From a bacterium (GTDB lineage Bacteria; Muiribacteriota; UBA6191): a stretch of 11,447 nt of DNA. Shown here one piece after another: positions 1 through 7,743 of this stretch. The translations under genes were made by a program, and so were the position numbers. Under the pieces are notes generated by a model, which worked only from the letters and a program-made list of their open reading frames with translations, was not told the origin of the DNA and did not search any database. Position 1 is the first letter of the stretch; every line of letters begins with the position of its first letter. The stretch lies in NCBI GenBank assembly GCA_036339875.1, contig JAYZAC010000098.1:1-11447 (forward strand). The letters are read 5' to 3'.

Positions 1-1
1 A

Positions 2-508
2 TGGAGCTTACCTCCAAATAAATCCTTAAATGGCTATAGCTTATTGATTCCATTGGGACTCGTTCTTACTTTATTTATCCAGATGCCACATACAAAAACA
101 TTCCAACTTTTAATGGGATATATTCCGATTTTTTTCATTCAATTTTGGTGGTTGGCACATTTTTACCAATCTAAAATATCCGCCGACTTGCTAGAACCTG
201 TTCTTTTGTTTATCAACTGTTTCATTCTTATAATCTTAAATTGGTGGTTTCAACCCTTAGCTATAGGTCTATGGAACTTCTCACCTACTTTAGTAACACT
301 ATTTAGCTTAATACTAATTTTAGCTGTTTTCGGCATTATCAGAAGAAGAAAATTAGTACTACCCCTGAACTATAAATTATTCACTTGTGGATTAATTGTG
401 TCGATTGCCATGGGCTACTTCATTAGCACAATTAGTAGTAATTTATATATACATATACGGGATGAATACAAAGAGTCAATATTCATTTTGGAGCCAGTGA
501 AGTCTTGA
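2..508 (+). CDS. Multi-pass membrane protein of unknown function, 5'-truncated by the window edge
   Basis: The frame of ORF 44..508 is open back to position 2 (WSLPPNKSLNGYSLLIPLG...), so the TTG at 44 is probably internal. About five hydrophobic segments (e.g. PVLLFINCFILIILNWWF, LVTLFSLILILAVFGII followed by RRRK). Its TGA stop overlaps the queG TTG start (TTGA, 505-508). Confidence 0.75.
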   Translation, partial: WSLPPNKSLNGYSLLIPLGLVLTLFIQMPHTKTFQLLMGYIPIFFIQFWWLAHFYQSKISADLLEPVLLFINCFILIILNWWFQPLAIGLWNFSPTLVTLFSLILILAVFGIIRRRKLVLPLNYKLFTCGLIVSIAMGYFISTISSNLYIHIRDEYKESIFILEPVKS

Positions 509-1509
509 TACATGCATTGAGTCAAACCCTGCGTAATGAAGCTAAAAATTTTCTATACGAAAATGGAGTTCTCGAGCACGCTTTTCTCGATTTGAGAAAA
601 GTACCCAAAAATAATTACTTACAACTATGGTTAGATCGAGGGAATAACGGCTCCATGCATTGGATGAAGCGTACCGCAGACAAGCGTATTGATGTTTCGA
701 AGGCCTTTCCACAATTTCCATCTGCAATGCTTTGTAGCCTTAGCTATTACGATATAGATAATGTTAAGAATTCAGAAAAAAATCGTATATCAATATATGC
801 TCAAGGAAGGGATTATCACAAAGTTTTAGGGAAAATTTTGAAACGTTGTTTAAATCATTTACAAAGCTACGAATCTGACCTTGAAGGTCGTTTTTATGTT
901 GATACGGGGCCAGTAAGTGAAAAATTCTTAGCTAGCCATACCAAACTGGGATGGATTGGAAAAAGTACAAATTTAACCCATAATCGTTATGGTTCTTTTT
1001 TCTTTTTGGGTGTTTTATTCTTAAATCGACAATGTGATGATTACTCACCTTCTCAAAATCATTGTGGAACATGCGTACGCTGTCTTGTTGCCTGTCCCAC
1101 AGCAGCCCTTTACGAACCCTATAAAATAGATGCCAGACTGTGTATTTCCTATCAGACAATTGAAAATAAGGCAATCACACCGCAATCTCTTGTCCCTGAA
1201 AAAGAACCTTGGTTATATGGCTGCGATGAATGCCAGTCCGCTTGCCCCTACAACAGGTTCTCCAAACCTACTCCAATTGATGATTTTAAAACTCGTTCAA
1301 ACTATGAATTAGATTATTTTTTAAATCTAGATGAGACTCAGTTTCTAAATGAATTTGAAGGATCTCCTATTCGTCGAATTGGATACAATAAGTTTATGCA
1401 AAATCTTATACTCTTAGTTGCAAGAATAGGAAACAAAAATCAGAAAGCAAGAGCCACTGAACTCTGCGTAAACAATCTCTCCTTCGAACCTCTAAAACAC
1501 TTATTTTAA
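505..1509 (+). CDS. queG: tRNA epoxyqueuosine(34) reductase QueG
   Basis: Motifs typical of QueG: WLDRGNNGSMHWM, ISIYAQGRDYH, FYVDTGPVSEK, GWIGKS, GSFFFLG, and two 4Fe-4S ligand sets (CGTCVRCLVACP; CISYQTIE with GCDECQSACPYN), plus GSPIRRIG near the C-terminus. The start codon (TTG at 505) is uncertain. Confidence 0.96.
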   Translation: MIHALSQTLRNEAKNFLYENGVLEHAFLDLRKVPKNNYLQLWLDRGNNGSMHWMKRTADKRIDVSKAFPQFPSAMLCSLSYYDIDNVKNSEKNRISIYAQGRDYHKVLGKILKRCLNHLQSYESDLEGRFYVDTGPVSEKFLASHTKLGWIGKSTNLTHNRYGSFFFLGVLFLNRQCDDYSPSQNHCGTCVRCLVACPTAALYEPYKIDARLCISYQTIENKAITPQSLVPEKEPWLYGCDECQSACPYNRFSKPTPIDDFKTRSNYELDYFLNLDETQFLNEFEGSPIRRIGYNKFMQNLILLVARIGNKNQKARATELCVNNLSFEPLKHLF

Positions 1510-1515
1510 TGTAGA

Positions 1516-4167
1516 CTAAAGTTTGAACAGAACAGCTTTTTCAGCACTTTCTATATCATCTTTCAATGCTCTCAAATGTTCTATATTTGTAGCCATTTTA
1601 AAGCTATCTGAGGTCCCCATCTTTTTGAGTTGTCGATCAATGAGTTCCTTGAGTAATCGAGCCGTATGTTTTACGTATGGCATTACGCCCAAATTTGAGC
1701 TGTAGTTAGAATTCCTCAATAAATCTTTCAGCATAGCTACAAAGTGTTCATGAGTTTGACGATCAATCGTATTTAAATTTGCTTCTTCATCTTTATCCAT
1801 TTTTATAAGCTTTTTAAATGTCATCTTAAATGCCGACTCAAAAACTTCAGCAACAGTCATTGGATTATCAGTTAGATGACGATGAGATTTTAAGCCATTT
1901 ATAGTTTTGGGACTCATCAAAGTATTAAGACTGCGCTTTCTTAGAAATAGCAGATACAGATCAGGGTCTATAGGTTGATTCCTTTCACCTACAAAACTAT
2001 CTGTTCGAGCTGAAGCCAACATCTTTCTAGGGATCTTTATTACTGGATCTATAAAAACATTCTGATCCAGAAAGTTTAAGACCTCTTTTTGCCTAGCATA
2101 ACTAACAGGGATGTATGCATCTTTGGCCTGTGGATCATTAACATGATCCCTATTGGCATAGGTACCCCCTATATAGCTTAGAGGCTTTAACGAAGCATTA
2201 TAGTATTCCATCAAAACACTTGCGACCACTTGGCGAAGCTTGAAACGTCTATCACCTGTCGTTACCAGGCTTGATGGCGCGCTTTCTAATAAACGTTTAG
2301 CAACTTCAATGCGTTCTTTTGCGTAAGCTACGTTATCATCCCCGATATCGTAAGTTGTACAATGTGGGTCGTTACCCGTCCATTTGTCTTCATCTGTACA
2401 AAACTCTAAACCCTTCTCTCGCAAACTAGCCGCTATTTTATCGAGCTTTTTATTCTCATCTTTTTTAATTGGTTTGTAACCATATTCAATGGCAAGGTAA
2501 TCGTACTCTCCTAGAGTGTCATTCATATATTTACCCTGATTTTTTGGATCTGACGCCACATACAACTCGTTATAGTCCATAATTGAAGCGGTCACCTGGT
2601 TTTTTAAGCTCCATTCTTTATTCGATAAGTTCTTGTACGAGTAAACACTAGATCCTTTAAAATTATGACGCAAACCCAGGGTATGACCAACCTCATGCAT
2701 GGTCAGTTCTTTCAAGTATAAACCTATAAACTTTTCCTTCCAGGCCTTGAATTCCTTATCGTCCAATTTATAGGCCATTTTACGAGCCATCATTGCAAAG
2801 TTTTTCCTATTTGCTAACTCATAATGCGCATCACAAAAATAGACCTTGTGCTTAATGAACTTCTGCCTTAAATCATTGTAACGTTTCTCAAAATTCAAGC
2901 GAGCCTTCAGTGAACTATTGGCTATTTCTGATTTTCTGCTGAGCAGATACTTTTTATCTCCTTCAACATTTTCCGGTGGCCCCTCGATATCAGGACCATA
3001 AATATTAGCTTGTCGGTCCATCACACTGATCCAACCCGAAGAAATTATAATATCAGCATCAATTATTTCACCAGTTTCTGGATTAGTGCGACTAGGCCCG
3101 ATAGCCATACCCCATTCGGCGGCGGACCAAGAGATTGTTGAATAGCGAACATCTGAGGGATCCCAATTTTGACTACTATCAGGCAAGCGAGCTTCTACTG
3201 CTCCTACAAAACCTAGTTTTTCAAACGCTTTGTTCCATTCAAGAATCCCTGCTCTAACATATTGTCGATATTTGTAAGGAATTGTTTTATCTAGATAAAA
3301 AATAATAGGCTTTTTGACTACTGAACTTTCTGAACTAGGATCTGACTTCTGAAGATTCCATCGATTAATCATTCTTTTTCGACCACGATCGACAAGCTGA
3401 TTTGAAAAATCCATCTTTTCTTGTAAAAAGTAACCAATCCGATCATCAGCTACTCTCGGCTTATAATCGCTCTTCTCTTTTCTTACCAGGCTGAAGTAGA
3501 AAAATGATTGGTTACTTTGCCCATAATAACGACCCATTCCACCCATTCGAATCGTATTTCTGACTTCAAGCTCTGTATTATTAGGAAAATTTTTAACCAT
3601 ACTCCAAAAGGAGCCCGATGGGTTGACCCCTTGCAGCCCAAAATAGCGTGCATACCATGTAGGAATCATTGTATTTGCGGCAGTTAGAAAGTAGGTGTTT
3701 AAATTTATAAGATACTTGTTCTCACCTTTACTAGCAGCAATGATCCTAAAACTATGTTTCAGTTTATCCAAGTAAGCTTTATTAACAGCCTCTGAAATAG
3801 GACTACCTTTCTTGGCAATGTGGTAGGTATCTCTCTCAAATAAAACTATAGATTTTCCTATCTTTTGAAAGTAAAGAGTTTGTTGTGAAAGTGTCCAATG
3901 GGGAAGCATTCTGCCACCAAAAGTTCCCTTACTCAAGCTAGTGTACATGAAGAAATCTTTTTTAAGCATTGCTTTAGGGACTTCCATGTAAACACTATTA
4001 TCTTGGCGGTAAAGAGTAAAAAAGCCATCAATTTTTTCTGCCTTCTTAACTTTATCGCTTAACTTGGGATACTTCGGTGGTTCCTTTTTTGATGATTTAG
4101 CACCCCAAATAGGGTCTTGAAAAAAGATAAATAACAAAATCAATACGAGAAAATTGAAACGAGACAT
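1516..4167 (-). CDS. Secreted zinc-dependent metalloprotease, metzincin type (DUF5117/DUF4953, EcxA-like)
   Basis: N-terminal signal peptide (MSRFNFLVLILLFIFFQDPIWGA), zinc motif HEVGHTLGLRHN (HExxHxxGxxH, about 2665-2697), Met-turn SIMDY, and family motifs PRVADDRIGYF, KKPIIFYLD, GILEWNKAFEKLGF, DVRYSTI, NPETGEIIDADI and GEYDYLAIEYGY. GGAG RBS 7 nt upstream of the ATG. Confidence 0.92.
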   Translation of the reverse strand: MSRFNFLVLILLFIFFQDPIWGAKSSKKEPPKYPKLSDKVKKAEKIDGFFTLYRQDNSVYMEVPKAMLKKDFFMYTSLSKGTFGGRMLPHWTLSQQTLYFQKIGKSIVLFERDTYHIAKKGSPISEAVNKAYLDKLKHSFRIIAASKGENKYLINLNTYFLTAANTMIPTWYARYFGLQGVNPSGSFWSMVKNFPNNTELEVRNTIRMGGMGRYYGQSNQSFFYFSLVRKEKSDYKPRVADDRIGYFLQEKMDFSNQLVDRGRKRMINRWNLQKSDPSSESSVVKKPIIFYLDKTIPYKYRQYVRAGILEWNKAFEKLGFVGAVEARLPDSSQNWDPSDVRYSTISWSAAEWGMAIGPSRTNPETGEIIDADIIISSGWISVMDRQANIYGPDIEGPPENVEGDKKYLLSRKSEIANSSLKARLNFEKRYNDLRQKFIKHKVYFCDAHYELANRKNFAMMARKMAYKLDDKEFKAWKEKFIGLYLKELTMHEVGHTLGLRHNFKGSSVYSYKNLSNKEWSLKNQVTASIMDYNELYVASDPKNQGKYMNDTLGEYDYLAIEYGYKPIKKDENKKLDKIAASLREKGLEFCTDEDKWTGNDPHCTTYDIGDDNVAYAKERIEVAKRLLESAPSSLVTTGDRRFKLRQVVASVLMEYYNASLKPLSYIGGTYANRDHVNDPQAKDAYIPVSYARQKEVLNFLDQNVFIDPVIKIPRKMLASARTDSFVGERNQPIDPDLYLLFLRKRSLNTLMSPKTINGLKSHRHLTDNPMTVAEVFESAFKMTFKKLIKMDKDEEANLNTIDRQTHEHFVAMLKDLLRNSNYSSNLGVMPYVKHTARLLKELIDRQLKKMGTSDSFKMATNIEHLRALKDDIESAEKAVLFKL

Positions 4168-4192
4168 AAAGTTACTCCGCTCAGTGAAACCG

Positions 4193-5140
4193 TTAAATTA
4201 TGACGGCCAGCATTAATCCCGCTGAAGCCATGAAAGTCATATCAAGTAAACCAACGACTGGGTTATCATGCTCCAGAAAATCTTGGTTAAAATTTCTATT
4301 GGTTAAAACATTTAAAATAGTGATAAAGATTTTTCTCAAACCAATCAAGAAAACAAAAATAAGAATTAGATAAATGTATGTACTTGCTTCTGAATTTAGA
4401 AAATGTTCTTCTTGGACAAAATGAAGAGTAAGCTGACTTTGCAGATGCAGTACTGCAAATATGAAGCCTACCAAACTCATTCCTACCCCTGCGTTATTAT
4501 CTATAAACAGCTCATCCATTACCTTATGCTGACGGGTCATAAAAAGTATGTTATACAGAAAATATGCCAGTAGCGTAGTTAGCGAAACCACTGCCATATT
4601 AACAGCACCTTGAAGTTGGTAACCCTGAGTCCCAAGAAAGTCCGCCTGAAAAATCATGAAATAAATCGCAAGCATATAAGATATCGAAAATAAACTTGCC
4701 CCTAGATTATGCTGCCCAAAAATCTCATTGTTGTAACTGACAACTTCACCATGATTATCTAACTTTCCTTGAAATATCCAAGATATGAAAAGGGCAGCTA
4801 AATACCGTAGAGTGAAGAAAAAAATATTAGAAAATACAATTGTTAGTGCTATTGCTTCCAAGTCTCTGGAGTAATGGACTACCATCTCGCCATTTTCAGC
4901 CATTTTGGTAATGGAGTCTCCAGACATCGCAGAGACAGCAATTAAAAACTCCAGTAGAAAAAAAGCCCCGATTTCAAGACCTGCCGCCATATTTCGATCT
5001 TCAAATAAAGCTTTACTTAAACAATGACCTCTAGTAGCTAACTTGTCATAAATTAACCATCCTGAAAAATATACGGAAGCGAAAGCTACCAAAACGTAAC
5101 CCATTCCATGGAGCAAATCTAACCATACTTGTTGATCCAT
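4193..5140 (-). CDS. Membrane protein with four DUF350-like repeats (about 8 TM helices)
   Basis: Four helix-loop-helix units, each loop ending in a related motif: ALFEDRNMAAGL (aa 44-55), EIFGQHNLGASL (139-150), ELFIDNNAGVGM (210-221), DFLEHDNPVVGL (287-298). These match the DUF350 pattern 'E-hydrophobic-x-x-x-x-N-x-A-x-G/A'. The ATG overlaps the upstream TAA (TAATG). Confidence 0.8.
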   Translation of the reverse strand: MDQQVWLDLLHGMGYVLVAFASVYFSGWLIYDKLATRGHCLSKALFEDRNMAAGLEIGAFFLLEFLIAVSAMSGDSITKMAENGEMVVHYSRDLEAIALTIVFSNIFFFTLRYLAALFISWIFQGKLDNHGEVVSYNNEIFGQHNLGASLFSISYMLAIYFMIFQADFLGTQGYQLQGAVNMAVVSLTTLLAYFLYNILFMTRQHKVMDELFIDNNAGVGMSLVGFIFAVLHLQSQLTLHFVQEEHFLNSEASTYIYLILIFVFLIGLRKIFITILNVLTNRNFNQDFLEHDNPVVGLLDMTFMASAGLMLAVII

Positions 5141-6153
5141 TATTTACCCCACCTGAATCCACCACTTGATGAACGACTCGAGAACCAACCTCTACTACTA
5201 CTTCGACTCTTAGATCGACCAAACCCAGTTCTTGATGACGACCGTGAACTGGTGGTACGTCCAAATCCTTTTCCACCAATATTCTTACGAATGTTTTTAC
5301 TTGCAGAGAAGGATTTTTTACTCAGCATTTGACTGTTCTTCGAACGCTTAGGGATAGTACCTGATTGAGTAGTCATTCGCCCAAAACTAGACTTACCGCT
5401 TGAGTATTTACTAACTTTAGAAGTTCTAGTTCGATGTACATTCCTAACTGAATAGGGACTGTAGGATCCGCCGTACCAGCCATAGTAAGGACTTCCAAAC
5501 CACATTGGTCGAAAAAAGAGATCTCTTACAATCATGTATGTGAATAAATTAGACGCAAAACTACTGCGATAATAATCGGAGCTAGAGTAAAAATGAGAGT
5601 TAGGACGTGATTCAAAATTCATACCTTTGAGCTTGCCAGATGCAATTTGTGGTACTGCAGTTACTGCAACTAACTCAATCGACTTATTAGCTCCAATATC
5701 TTCCCATGCAGAAGCATCACTCAGCTTTGGATATTTCTTAACCTGTGAAGGGTCGGGAACGCGAATAGAAAACGTCATGTGTTCATTATCACCCTCAGGA
5801 ATTACTAAAATGGGATCTGTGGTTCCATCGCCATTGAGATCCACTGTGGAAATATCGCGAATACTTTGAGATAAATGCCTAACTACAAAAGTTTGTAGTT
5901 TGACCCCTTTCAATTTTTGCTCTGCTCCAGCTTTGTAAGCCTCTTTGACAACATCGGGTAATTTTGATGCATCTAAGTCTTTACTTAGGTCAATTTCCCC
6001 ATATGAATTTACAATACCGGATACACCAACACCCACGCTCCCTGTATCATATCTTTGTCCGAACTGAGACATGCAGCCAAAGACAACCATCGTAAGGAAA
6101 AAAAGAACTAACCCGATTTTAACAAGAGCCCAATTAGCTTCGCTGTCGTGCAT
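5140..6153 (-). CDS. Membrane-anchored protein or putative lipoprotein with a DxNxDG Ca-binding-like motif and a Ser/Arg/Gly-rich basic tail
   Basis: Start reassigned from the TTG at 6207 to the ATG at 6153 (337 aa), which has GAAAGGGG 7 nt upstream. Hydrophobic segment IGLVLFFLTMVVFG followed by Cys27 (lipobox-like VFGC), DLNGDGTTD at 5841-5815, a Tyr/Gly/Ser-rich stretch, and a tail ending SSRSSSGGFRWGK. Confidence 0.8.
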   Translation of the reverse strand: MHDSEANWALVKIGLVLFFLTMVVFGCMSQFGQRYDTGSVGVGVSGIVNSYGEIDLSKDLDASKLPDVVKEAYKAGAEQKLKGVKLQTFVVRHLSQSIRDISTVDLNGDGTTDPILVIPEGDNEHMTFSIRVPDPSQVKKYPKLSDASAWEDIGANKSIELVAVTAVPQIASGKLKGMNFESRPNSHFYSSSDYYRSSFASNLFTYMIVRDLFFRPMWFGSPYYGWYGGSYSPYSVRNVHRTRTSKVSKYSSGKSSFGRMTTQSGTIPKRSKNSQMLSKKSFSASKNIRKNIGGKGFGRTTSSRSSSRTGFGRSKSRSSSRGWFSSRSSSGGFRWGK

Positions 6154-6255
6154 AACGTAACCCCTTTCATAAGAGCCAATTGTACCCGAACATTCAATAA
6201 ATTCCAAAGTATCTACAAAACATCACAAAATAGGGTTCTATAGTGGTTTTGACCT

Positions 6256-6305
6256 TTGACACAAACTCACGAAAATGATAAGTAACAGAGTAACTATTTT
6301 ATAAT
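6256..6305 (+). promoter_or_regulatory. Candidate sigma70-type promoter elements upstream of ahcY
   Basis: Perfect TTGACA at 6256-6261 with TGn-TAAGTA 17 nt downstream (6276-6284), and a separate perfect TATAAT at 6300-6305. The two perfect hexamers are too far apart to form one promoter, so the assignment is ambiguous. Confidence 0.4.
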
Positions 6306-6340
6306 TGAATTAGGTGGTCAATTTAAACCACGATTACATA

Positions 6341-6349
6341 AAGGAAGGA
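6341..6349 (+). promoter_or_regulatory. Ribosome-binding site of ahcY
   Basis: Purine-rich AAGGAAGGA ending 7 nt before the ATG at 6357. Confidence 0.65.
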
Positions 6350-6356
6350 ATCAGGA

Positions 6357-7697
6357 ATGAGTACTGCTGTAGCTGCCCAAGCATCCATTGGAGAGATGGG
6401 CTCAAAAGATTACAAAGTGGCGGACATCAATTTAGCCGAATGGGGTAGAAAAGAAATTAAATTAGCAGAACAGGAAATGCCAGGCTTGATGGCAATTCGG
6501 GAAAAATATAAAGACAGCAAACCGCTGAAGGGTGCCAATATTATTGGTTGTATCCACATGACAATTCAAACTGCTGTGTTAATTGAAACTCTCATTGATC
6601 TAGGTGCAAATGTTCGTTGGTCTTCTTGCAACATTTATTCGACGCAAGATCATGCGGCAGCTGCCATTGCAGCTGCAGGAATCCCCGTGTTCGCATGGAA
6701 GGGTGAAACCGAGGAAGAATATGATTGGTGTATCGATCAAACTTTGAAATGGGCTGATGATATGCAACCCAACATGGTGCTTGATGATGGTGGTGATGCC
6801 ACGATCATGCTTCATGAAAAATATCCCGAATTATTAAAAAATATCCGTGGTATTACTGAAGAAACAACCACCGGTGTACATCGCCTTTATGAAATGCTAC
6901 GAGAGGGAACTCTAAAAGTACCGGCAATCAACGTCAATGACTCGGTGACTAAATCCAAATTTGATAATTTGTACGGCTGCCGCGAATCTCTAGCAGATGG
7001 AATTAAGAGAGCTACTGATGCAATGGTTGCAGGGAAAGTAGTTGTAGTTGCTGGATATGGCGATGTTGGTAAGGGTTGCGCAGATGCCATGAAGGGTTTG
7101 GGTGCACGCGTAATCATCACAGAAATTGACCCTATTTGCGCACTACAGGCGGCTATGGAAGGTTATCAGGTAACAACCATGGAACAGGCTGCTCCACTAG
7201 CCGATATTTTCGTAACTGCTACTGGTTGTTCGGACGTAGTCACTGGTGAGCACATGATGTTAATGAAAGATAAGGCGATTCTATGTAACATCGGGCATTT
7301 TGATTCTGAAATTCAAATGGCTTGGCTACAGGACCACCAAGACGTTGTGGAAGAATCCATTAAACCACAAGTGGACCTATTCCACTTGCCTAATGGACGA
7401 GCAATATTAGTTCTAGCACGGGGAAGGCTAGTGAATCTTGGATGCGCTACTGGACATCCTTCCTTTGTAATGTCATGTAGTTTCAGTAATCAGGTTTTAG
7501 CCCAGATGGAACTTTTCAATTATCCAGAGAAGTATCCCTTGGGAGTCTACACATTACCTAAGCATTTGGATGAGGAAGTCGCGGCGCTTCACTTAGAGAA
7601 GTTGGGTATACAGTTAACCAAATTAACTGAGACTCAATCCAAGTACCTTGGCATTCCTGTAGATGGTCCTTACAAACCAGATCACTACAGATATTAA
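6357..7697 (+). CDS. ahcY: Adenosylhomocysteinase (S-adenosyl-L-homocysteine hydrolase)
   Basis: Signature motifs [73 protein letters not shown]-binding [32 protein letters not shown] and C-terminal [10 protein letters not shown]. Confidence 0.99.
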   Translation: MSTAVAAQASIGEMGSKDYKVADINLAEWGRKEIKLAEQEMPGLMAIREKYKDSKPLKGANIIGCIHMTIQTAVLIETLIDLGANVRWSSCNIYSTQDHAAAAIAAAGIPVFAWKGETEEEYDWCIDQTLKWADDMQPNMVLDDGGDATIMLHEKYPELLKNIRGITEETTTGVHRLYEMLREGTLKVPAINVNDSVTKSKFDNLYGCRESLADGIKRATDAMVAGKVVVVAGYGDVGKGCADAMKGLGARVIITEIDPICALQAAMEGYQVTTMEQAAPLADIFVTATGCSDVVTGEHMMLMKDKAILCNIGHFDSEIQMAWLQDHQDVVEESIKPQVDLFHLPNGRAILVLARGRLVNLGCATGHPSFVMSCSFSNQVLAQMELFNYPEKYPLGVYTLPKHLDEEVAALHLEKLGIQLTKLTETQSKYLGIPVDGPYKPDHYRY

Positions 7698-7711
7698 TTG
7701 AAACTTAATTT

Positions 7712-7743
7712 GAGTCACCCGTCACTGGGTGGCTCTTTTTTTT
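7712..7743 (+). terminator. Rho-independent terminator of ahcY
   Basis: 9-bp stem GAGTCACCC (7712-7720) / GGGTGGCTC (7727-7735) with one G-U pair, a 6-nt loop, then 8 T residues (7736-7743). It begins 14 nt after the ahcY stop. Confidence 0.9.

Noticed and set aside
1..21. ATG at position 1 as a gene start
   Set aside because: That frame stops after six codons (TAA at 19-21). The real coding frame is frame 2, which is open from the window edge.
542..1705. Short ORFs 542..727(-), 932..1174(-), 1130..1312(+) and 1523..1705(+)
   Set aside because: All are nested within queG or the metalloprotease and show no recognisable motifs, so they are shadow ORFs.
5143..5280. CRISPR-like or tandem DNA repeat in the S/R-rich tail
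   Set aside because: The repetition is at the amino-acid level with varied codons. There are no identical direct repeats with spacers.
5046..5869. ORFs 5046..5279(-), 5129..5332(+) and 5627..5869(+)
   Set aside because: They are alternative-frame or antisense readings of the tailed protein gene. The Val-rich and Leu-rich stretches of the first two are by-products of the Ser/Arg codons of the tail.
6154..6207. TTG start at 6207 for the tailed protein
   Set aside because: It has no RBS. The ATG at 6153 has GAAAGGGG at 7-nt spacing and places the hydrophobic segment near the N-terminus.
6208..6356. Canonical SAH or SAM riboswitch upstream of ahcY
   Set aside because: The region is AT-rich and lacks the GAGGAGCG...CAGGCUC...CGCUC-type core of SAH riboswitches. 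No SAM-I core was recognised by eye. An Rfam scan would be definitive.
6600..7120. Antisense ORFs 6600..6815 and 6887..7120
   Set aside because: Both lie within the strongly conserved ahcY and are typical antisense shadows.
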